A DNA stretch of 64,000 bases, taken from assembly GCA_964016885.1 (NCBI GenBank), contig OZ024746.1:42656001-42720000 (forward strand), written 5' to 3'. Position 1 is the stretch's first letter, and the number at the start of each line of letters is the position of its first letter. Below are positions 54,516 to 64,000 of the stretch, one piece after another. The notes beneath the pieces were generated by a model, which did not search any database, was not told the DNA's origin, and saw only the letters and a list, made by a program, of their open reading frames with translations. The stretch comes from Eledone cirrhosa (taxonomy: Eukaryota). Made by a program: the position numbers and the translations under genes.

Positions 54516-55339
54516 TGTTTTTGTGTTTTTGAAAACTTGAAACAGACATAAAACTTTTGCTCTGTACATAATCAAGTGAAGGTGATTATAACAAACCCTA
54601 AATTATCCCCAATATAATAATATCCCAGCAAGCATTTTATTATAATCCAAATATATCTAGTAAAATCAAAGAATTAGCAGTGAAGCAGTCAAAAATCAGT
54701 TATTTAAGTTATGCATTCTTCACTATACTGTCATCAATGGCATTCTTCCTGAATGAAAGTTTGTGTCTCTGTCTTAATTGTTTCAGCCAACATACTGACA
54801 ATACCTTTATACATTTTGTAGTGAATACCATATTCAATCTACATATAATTAGGTAACTCTATATATCTTGTTTTATACTAAATTGAATTTTACCTATAAA
54901 CATGTTGCATTTCATTAGCTAAAATTTTGTCCATCATTAAGTTGTTTTTGAATAACGCTTTGAAATGGTTTTTACTGCAAATCCCCACAAATAGTTGGAA
55001 TAAGAGTAAATAGTGATTATTTTAGAAATAGGACATATCTTTGAACATTAATCACTTTGCTGTCAGTAACAATGGCAATGATGCATGTGTTGTCAACCAT
55101 TTACCGAAATAACAAACTGATGAATATTAAAGTATAATTTTTATCATTTTTTATTGATACCCATATTTGGGATAACTAAAATAATTTCAGGTAATTTTTA
55201 TGATGTTCTTCAAGAAATAAAATCATAATTTCCGCTTCACAATAAATATTGGTCATGACCATTGTCACTGAATGTTCTTATATCTTTGAAAGATTTATAT
55301 ATACTGATTACATAGATTTCATAGAAAATTTGTTGAACA

Positions 55340-56190
55340 GTTGCTTTAAAAATTCAAAGTAGGAAGTATGATCAAGAAGTCAAAGGTTTAACATGCCAAA
55401 GTTAAGAGTGCTAATGATAGAGACCATAAAAATATCAGTGCATCTGAAAATTGATCCTGCTCAATATGTGGAAAGGATATAGGAAGGAACTTGATTATGC
55501 ATAGCCAGTCTAAGGAATTTATATACAAAAGGTATGCTAAATCTGGCAAGTTGATTCAGAATGGAAATTTTAAATGTGATATATACATAGTGGATGAAAC
55601 CAATTCCATAATCTAGCAATGACACACTAAACATAGTTGATAATTTCTGTTATGCAGATAATCTTAATAATGCTGGGGTAGGTGTAAGGGAAGTATAGTA
55701 GCAAGAATAAGGATGAAGAGGAAGATGTTCAAGAAGATTCTACCTCTATCATTAATAAATGGATTTCTTTCTTCTTGTTAAAGAAAACTGTAGAAAGATG
55801 CATAAGAAGCATAATGTTGCAAGAAATAGATATGTAAGTATCAAATGTGGAAGAGAAAATGAAATGAAGACAGTATGACCCATTAGATGTGCAACATTAA
55901 CTTACTTGAAAGGCAGAGAATCAAAGTAAAAGAGTGGCTGAGTAATTAACGGCATTACTCAATGTATGTGTAATAGATAACTTGATGCATGTTGGGGTGA
56001 ATCGTTTGACAGTGAAAGAGAACTGAGGCAAAACAGAGAGAGAAATGGCAAGTTCTGATCTCAGGATACTAGACTACACAAATGAGATGATGAATGATTA
56101 GAACATGTATAAATATCCAGTATGGACAGCCATTCCATACCAGTACATCAAATAGACATTAGAATAGTAATGATGGTAAAGATGATGTTT
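55340..56190 (+). mobile_element. Old decayed RTE 3' fragment
   Basis: Colinear remnants of PCSICGKDIGRN, VDNFCY and ARIR..FKKILPL, and a GAT-rich tail. Confidence 0.6.
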
Positions 56191-58739
56191 TTCATAATCC
56201 TAACAATAGACTATTGTTTGATATGAGAGAGATTGTATTTTTGAAACAGAAACCTCCTTTTTGAAAAAAAAGTAACATTTTCAATGTGTTAGAAGCAATG
56301 ACAATGATTTTAGTACTTTGTGAATTGCTAAGCAAATCAGAATTTTATGACAAATTTTATACATAAAAAAGACAGTTTTGGTATATGTTTTTATTACCTA
56401 TTTTTACAAAACATTATTAGTAAATTAGTGAAGCAGTAACCTAAAGGTTTAAATGGAATGTAAAGAAAAATATAAAACAAATAAAAGGACATTAACTGCA
56501 GCAAACAAACTAAAGGCTGATATTCGAAATGAATATTATAAAAGAGAAGCTATATAAGAACTATAGGGAAATAGACAAAAGAACAGGCAGAGCAAGATCA
56601 GTGAACATATATAAAGCTTTCAGAAATATTGCTACAAAAGACAGAAAATTTAGCTACACTATATAGAATCTGTGAGTCATGTGAATTCCAGTTTTAGAAA
56701 TGTATCATTTGCAAATGATTTATTTACTGAAAATTTTTATTAGAAATGTTGTATTCATGGTAATATAATAATTCAAAACACAATTTTAGTATCAGACTCT
56801 GATCATCCTGATCTTTTCAATTGAAGCAACATTAATCTCTAAATATGTATCTATGTAAAAAGCCTATTTTTACTGAGAAAACCTGAGCGCAATGATCCCT
56901 TAACTCTTCTTTCCCAACACACTAATCTCTTAAATTAACAATATAATCTCAATAATAGAAATATTAAAATACTTCAAACAACAATGGTTATTAATGAAAT
57001 AATTAAACAATAAACCAACTAATCATCACTTCAATACTATAGGTAAATTATATATTTCAATAATATAGGTAAAACACTTAACATTACATTTGTTCTTTGA
57101 TTCTTACTAAAAGTTTATAAGTATGTCACTAAAAATAGATATATTTCACTAAAGATGTATCTTGCCAAAATTTTATAATCAAGATAGGTTCAATGTTAAA
57201 GACTTTCAATATATATATATATATAAAAATGATGATATATATATATATATATATATATAAAAGGAATGCACAAGACAGACAATGGAAAAATAAAGACAGT
57301 CACTTCTCTTAAGTCAACTTCCGAAAATGTTATTTATAACTCTTATTTGCAGGTTAAAAACTTAATTATCTGACATTCTATTTGTCTTAATGGAATGCAC
57401 TCTATGGGCAGCAGAGGAATGAAAAATCAAGGGAGATTACAGGTGTGCTAGTAAGGGGTGAGGCTACTCTATGGGTTATGGAAATCATTCTAGAAAGCAA
57501 ACTAGGTATATATATAAATATATATATATATATATGTGTGTGTATATATTATATATATGTATATGTGCGTGTGTGTGTGTTTTAAATAGTTTTAGCTTTA
57601 GAGTAGTAGACAATTGAATTCAATACCCATTATAAGCTACAATTACTTGCTGCTACACATAAATAATCAATATTTATTGCCAGCTTCTTATATAATGATG
57701 AACTTTTAGGTACTTGAAATTAATAATTTGTAACTAATAGCCCCACCATGAAGAACAGTGCACATATCTCCATAGTAACAGATAATTGAATTAGAAGACT
57801 TTATATAAAATCACGGCATCATTAAGAATAAAAGACATATGTGTGATCTAGGAAAGAAAGATAGAATCTACCTTATTGATTAAGCTAATCACTTCCAATT
57901 TGAACTTGCTCATTAATCTGTTAATTTAGTAAAATCAAATGAATACATATGATAAGAGTAAGTTTATAAGGTGCCAACTAGTTTAATTTTATGTTACTTA
58001 AGACAATACAGTCTTTCCAAAAATGAATTACTAAAATGAAACAAAAGCATATGGAAAGTGTAATAAATTGAAATGTAATCTCTGAAATCAAGTAAGATAT
58101 AATTATAACAAGAGTTTGCAAACTGTGGCAACATTTGTAGCTATGATAACATAAAGAAATGAATTACTGCAATAATATTGAAGTAGTTTACACAGACATG
58201 AGCAAAGAATAATACTCTATGAGCTTTTAAGAATCCAGACCATTAACATAAGTTTTGCTATGCTTAAATTTGAAAAGTGATACAAAATCAAAATATTAAC
58301 TCATCTTGTCTTGTTCAATTCTATAATCACAATTGAAAAATATTTTAAATAATTTTCTTTGAAAATATACCTTACTACTATTGTATCATATTAATTAAGT
58401 TTATTTCATTATTAAATGGAAGATTCAATATTGTTTTCTACACTAATGAATCATTGGCATCTAGCTTCAGGTTATTTTTTTTTAGAATATGCAGGTTATG
58501 TAATGCAGTAAACATATGGCTTCTTAGATACTAATGTATCCTTTATAATTATGAGCCAAACAATTTAATATATGTAGTAATACAGAAGTCCTGCCCTCTG
58601 ATAGGCACAGGCTGAAGCTGAAGCATACATATATATATATATAATATGCACCACTCCCTTCCCACCCTCCCATACATCTCTCATGAGGACAGGCTGTAGC
58701 ATACATCTAGTGAATACATCTAGTAGCATACATCTAGTG

Positions 58740-59012
58740 AAGCACTTAGCGCACACTGTAATGTGGTGAAGTTGACATGACGAAAAGCACCCAAACAACA
58801 CTGTAAAGTGTTTGTGATTGTGACATGACAAAAAGCAACCAGCACACACTGAAAATGTGGTTGGTGTTAGGAAGGGCATCCAGCTGTAGAAACCAAGCCA
58901 GAAACAGTTCTGTGTGAACAAGACATAGTCACCTGACCCAACTTGCCTCAAACGAGACAACCTGTTTAACACATGCTAGCATGGAAAGATGGACGTTAAA
59001 TGATGATGCTGA
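58740..59012 (+). mobile_element. RTE/SINE 3' tail with internal tandem repeats
   Basis: GGTTGGTGTTAGGAAGGGCATCCAGCTGTAGAAA...ATGCTAGCATGGAAAGATGGACGTTAAATGATGAT. Confidence 0.8.
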
Positions 59013-60559
59013 TATATATAATAGCATTCACAGGCACTATATGATAAAGAAAATTTTATTAATAATCTTTTAACATTCACAAAAATAAAATCTAAGACAT
59101 GAAATACGCTTTTAGATAATTTGTAATCATTGAGGTTACATGAAAAAGTATTTATCTACTATCAAACATTTACACTACTTGCTAAAATAATTTTATATTG
59201 TTCTTTGAATTTGTAACTAATTTCAAATATCGTTATTGAATCTAAATTAAATCTTTAAAGTGTGTATATCTAAAAGATATGAAATGAATGTCATTTTCTA
59301 TATTTCTAATCTACACAGTGCTTAGATTATATAAACACTCAAATGCATATGAAATTTTTAGAAGATTTCATGAATTTATCTACAAGGAATATACAAAAAT
59401 AAAATAATTGCACATTAAAGCAATATGATTTGACAAATAAAAAGATTTAGTGTCTATTAAAAACAGCAAATCAATTGAATCATATAACAGATATGAAGAA
59501 TACATTTCCTAGCATTATCTTTTTCAATATAACAGATGTAGGCGAATTGATAAGACAAAAAATTAAACTCACTGGAAACCTAAAGAAATATGCAACTGAC
59601 ATCTTTTAACAAAATGTTTCCTCAAATTGCTCTTCTGTAAAGCATTTAAGCGGGTAGTTATTAAAACAACAGAACAAGTTTGAAAGAGTATAAAAAGCAG
59701 CTTGTCTCTAAAAAACAATGTTGAAGTTATTTAAAACAGTAAAACAAAAATTGTAAATGTTCTGTACAGGGATAGGAATGGTATGTGAGAACCCAAAGGT
59801 TTGCCAAAGCCACAATCAAAATTATAAAATACTACAAATGTAAAGAGCAACTTGACTGCAAATGCATTGACAGAACATTCAAGGAAATGTACAAATATCT
59901 ATTGCATTAGAAGATCAGATTTAACATAAAATATGAAAATAAATATACATTAGAAATACACCTCTCGAATGAAATTACTACCTGCAATAAGCTTAATGTT
60001 GACAGGGAAATAGGTGCACTGAACACCATTATGTTATCTTAGTTCAAATATAGTTTTCAATATTCTAAAGTAGAATCTATTGTTAAGTAGATGTTAGCAG
60101 AATAAAATCACAGGAAACTCATAATATGTACACTGTGTGACCTAAAGGTAGATATATACACCTGCTATACTTTAAAAAGCCAATTATAACAGAGCTATTA
60201 TCGGAATAGATGTATACATGAAATAAAGTAAAGAGAAACTACAGCAAATAATAAATTCATATAAAAACTGAAGGCAATATTCCATACTGATAATTAAAAA
60301 CAGGAATACTGGTTGAAACAAGACAGAATAATGATTTCCTAGTAAGCCCCAAATCAAATAGTTTTTATATATTGTTAATGACGAAGGCATACTTGATGAA
60401 GAAGCTAAGATATGTAACAAAAGTGTAGAGAATAGAAAATGAATAAATATTACGAAATGGTGGCTTCAGCTCAAAGCAAGGAAATTAAATTGTGTGTGTG
60501 TATACAATGGGAGAATCCAACATGTATATATGATGGACTCTTCCATCGTATACTGTTGT

Positions 60560-60825
60560 ATGAGGGTTCAATAGTCTTCTCAATTCAATTCTTTGTATAA
60601 CAGTACCTTTTGTAAGTGGGGTTGGAAATTTGTTTGTATGTTTTTGTCTAAGTAAGGATATGTTTTAGTGTTGGGTTGTCTTGTACTTTTGATGACTTTG
60701 TGTATTTCTAGAATTTTTTTTATTTTTTCATCTTCATAGAGAACAGGAAGGTTTTTGCAGAGGTGGTCGAACATTTCGATATTTTGGTGGTTGGAGGTTG
60801 ATACATATTGTAAAACATTTTCCCC

Positions 60826-60857
<32 letters not shown>

Positions 60858-61300
60858 TCCTTATATCTATATGCCTAGCCCTTTCTATTCCATTCGTGAT
60901 TAAGCTAAGTCAGAAGGCTCTTCAACCAAGTATATTTTTTAGTTTATCCAGTCTTTACTCCCGTTCGATCAGTTCTGATATCATGGAGCAAATTCTTTTT
61001 GCTAGGCTAGATGGTATGTTTAATTTCGTGTGTTTCAGGTGATTGAAGCTGAAGTTGCTGTTTGGAGTCCATAGATTTATAGAAAATGTCTGTTTTTATT
61101 CTTTCATGTTTTTGAAATTATGATATCTAAAGTGTCTACTTGCATGGCATCAAATGCCATTGTGAATTGGATGTTGCTGTTATAGTTATTTATCATATTT
61201 TTGAATTCTGTGAATGTATCAAGGTTTTCCTGCCATAAGATAAAGCATCGTCCAGGTACCTTTTCCAGTTGTTTTATTTAGTTGTGCATAAAATGAGTTT
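60560..61300 (-). mobile_element. Decayed Penelope-like RT/thumb fragment (third PLE family)
   Basis: NWKRYLDD, NSNIQFTM, LDII, TDIFYKSMDSKQ, KLNIPSSLA; frameshifts and stops. Confidence 0.75.
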
Positions 61301-62239
61301 CCAAATAGTAGTAGTGATTGGCTGTAAATATATAAATTCTTGCTATCCTAATTCACACGGGCAAAAATGTTCTATTGAACCTTTACCCTTACCTAACCAC
61401 ATACATCTATATAACCATACCTACCTACATGCATGCAAACACTTTTAAATAGAAATTAACACACAACCACCCCACTCAATGAAATACACACATACTATTT
61501 TGTCATTCCACTAACAAGGTTGACCATTTACAAAGCTGAATTGTTATTAAAGTGTAACTTAATAAGAACTGCAAACTTCAAATTATAATTATAATCTCAT
61601 ATTACTTTCAATAAATCATATTTCTTCATTCTTTTTCTTACTTCTGCTACTTATAAATACCTGTTTGTCTACAGAAATTATGTTTTAAACTTGCTAACAA
61701 TTATCTGAAAGCTTACAAAATTTACCGATATTTTCACACAGGTAAATATCTCTTATTAAAAAAAATGATTGTGTAATGTAATATATATATATATATATAT
61801 ATATACATTATACATAATATATATAACTGCAAAACGTAAAAGAGAACAACAAAGCAAAGAACACAGCACTATGAAGAAATATATTAGTTTAATGCTGGAT
61901 ATAGTAAGTAAAAAGTATTTATGTTTCAGATACTAGTCTTTCATCAAAAGATAGAATGAGAAATAAAACAAAACATGAATTAGAAAGATAGAAAGTGAGA
62001 AAAGGAAGCAACAGAAAAAAACAATTGATAAAAAGCATGTGTGTATTCAGTCAGCCATATATATATATATATTTATATGGCTGACTATAAACAAAACTGA
62101 TGCAGTACACTAAAATGAGGAGTCTATAATCTATCAACCACCTCAAAATAAGAACACAGTGCTGCATACAACTCAAAATCATGAAGGTATACCAGATAAT
62201 TCAACAGAAACACACAAAAAACTACCAAAGAAACAATAC

Positions 62240-62450
62240 ATTTTCTAATTTAGGTACAAGGCCAACAATTTTTGAAGGTAGGGAAAAGTTAATTAAACTG
62301 ACTTCAGTACTTGACTTGTGCTTAATTTTATGGACCCCCAGAAAGATAGCCAGTTAGCCCTGATAGGATTTGAAATCAAAACTTAAAGGGCCATAACTAA
62401 ATTCTACATGGTTTTTCTTTTGTCCAGTGCTGTGATGATACAACCAGCCC
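62240..62450 (-). mobile_element. Decayed SINE family B copy
   Basis: TTTCTAATTTAGGTACAAGGCCA...CAGTACTTGACT..TTTTATGGACCCC...GGATTTGAA is the reverse complement of family B. Confidence 0.55.
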
Positions 62451-64000
62451 ATTAACTATAATAATAATAACAATAACTTTTTACTTTGCCACTATCCTGA
62501 AATATGTAGAAGAAACATTTAATCAACTGACTTAACCTCAGCTTATCAACTTTGAATGCAAGTGAGGATATAGTTTTAAATCTTGTCGTGCTTAATAAAG
62601 GCAAAAGAAAATGTTCTTACTTTGTTGCTATCAATTTTTGAAGAAAGAGAAAATAAAATATAATCAATACTATATAGCAAGTATCAGTTGAATGAATAAT
62701 TTCACAGAATAGTATTAGTTTTAAATGCAGTCTTTGGAATTGCACTCCCTAGAGCATACCAATCTACATACAAAGACAGTTTTTTTATCTGTAAACTGTT
62801 GAACTAATTAGTTTTCGTATTGGAATATTTTCAGCCGTCATGCTATTTATTATAGATATACAATAAACCTAGGGCCAGCAGATTATTTTATATGAAATAA
62901 ATTTGTAAAGTATTCAGTCATTCAGAAGAATTGCTCTATTAAATCTATAGACTATATGAAAAATATTAGAGAAAATACATGAGTAAGCATTTGCCTTCGT
63001 GTTACATAAATACATATATGAATATATGCACAAAAATGCTCCAATAAACATAAAACAAGATTTAGAAGAAATTCCAGTCACTATTTCTAAATTAAATATA
63101 ATCTCAAATGAACTCCCAATACACAGCAGGGGGAATGCTAAAATAACATTTAGAATAACAATAAGAATTAATTAACAGAAAACGTTTAAAAACAATTTTA
63201 AGCTGAATTTTGGAGAATATTGTGAAGCAGAAGTAATGTGGTTGCAAATTACTTCTTGGTACAACTGATTTTGGTCACAAGGTTTTAATATTGTGGAGCA
63301 AAGGTCGGTAGTGTTGGCAGTGGGTACAGTGTATTTACCCACAAAGGCATACCATACCATTTGCTTTCACTATGCACATATACATACATCACCAACTATT
63401 CATCATACATTAAAACACTTGCTCATATCAAGTCTTACTAATGCCAACAAACATTTATTCCCAATTATTTTATATACACACATTTGCATACAATCTTGAT
63501 CACGCTCAAATTCCTATTCCCTAATACATAAACATACCTTACACATATGCCATTTTCCTACACTCTTCCATGATTGTCACACAGTGAAGTCACTTTGCTG
63601 CATCCTCTCATTATAATTTCTCTTACTGCCAGCTTACACTTCTCTGCTAAAAATGAATTCTTTACTGCACTCAGTTTTTGTCTGCTATTCCAGCATGTCA
63701 TAACTCTGTCCCAACGTTGAATGTTTTTCATGTTCTTTTCTTGTCTTCACGAATGACAACTCTCTAAAACACCACTTTCCTTTTGTATCACAATTATATT
63801 AACTTTGTAATCTTATTCATTGCTCTTATGGTTTTTGTTTTTATTTTGTTTTGTTTATTGATGTTTTTAGTTCTGTCTTGCCAGGATAAGTGTATATATT
63901 ATTTTAAGTTTAGACAATAATACACAGAGTTCATAAAACATTATGTGTTGGTATCATAACATATGCCTTATTTCTAATAACTATTAGTGATTGCCATTAG

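Noticed and set aside
46200-61750. Several plus-strand AG|GT motifs (near 46220, 49933, 50627, 55190, 61741)
   Set aside because: Weak donors or short pyrimidine tracts; expected by chance
63172-63360. 62-aa minus ORF starting MVWYAF, reminiscent of Tc1 MVWG
   Set aside because: No downstream DDE motifs; too short to support

Overview
AT-rich eukaryotic (animal) non-genic DNA; the SINE/RTE/microsatellite content resembles an octopus or other cephalopod genome (inference). No host protein-coding exon could be supported, and most ORF-track entries are (TA)n artefacts. The window holds long (TA)n tracts and a dense nest of transposons, mainly 26-48 kb. These include one apparently intact Penelope-like element (PLE; 773-aa RT + GIY-YIG, 42083-44404 minus), fragments of two other PLEs, several RTE LINEs, CR1/L2-like, CRE-like and R4/Dong-like fragments, a DD37D (maT) transposase fragment, a fold-back MITE and two to three tRNA-derived SINE families. 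The most striking signal is about a dozen hammerhead-ribozyme (HHR) motifs from several families, folded by eye. Two families lie in non-coding repeats: a 629-bp tandem array with one full HHR per unit (36220-37572) and a ~420-bp partial tandem (45054-45776). Both look like non-LTR retrozymes, sit in (TA)n, and flank the intact PLE that could mobilise them. That PLE's own HHR has an unusual branched insertion in loop II. Several PLE insertions end in fold-back hairpins at their 5' ends.
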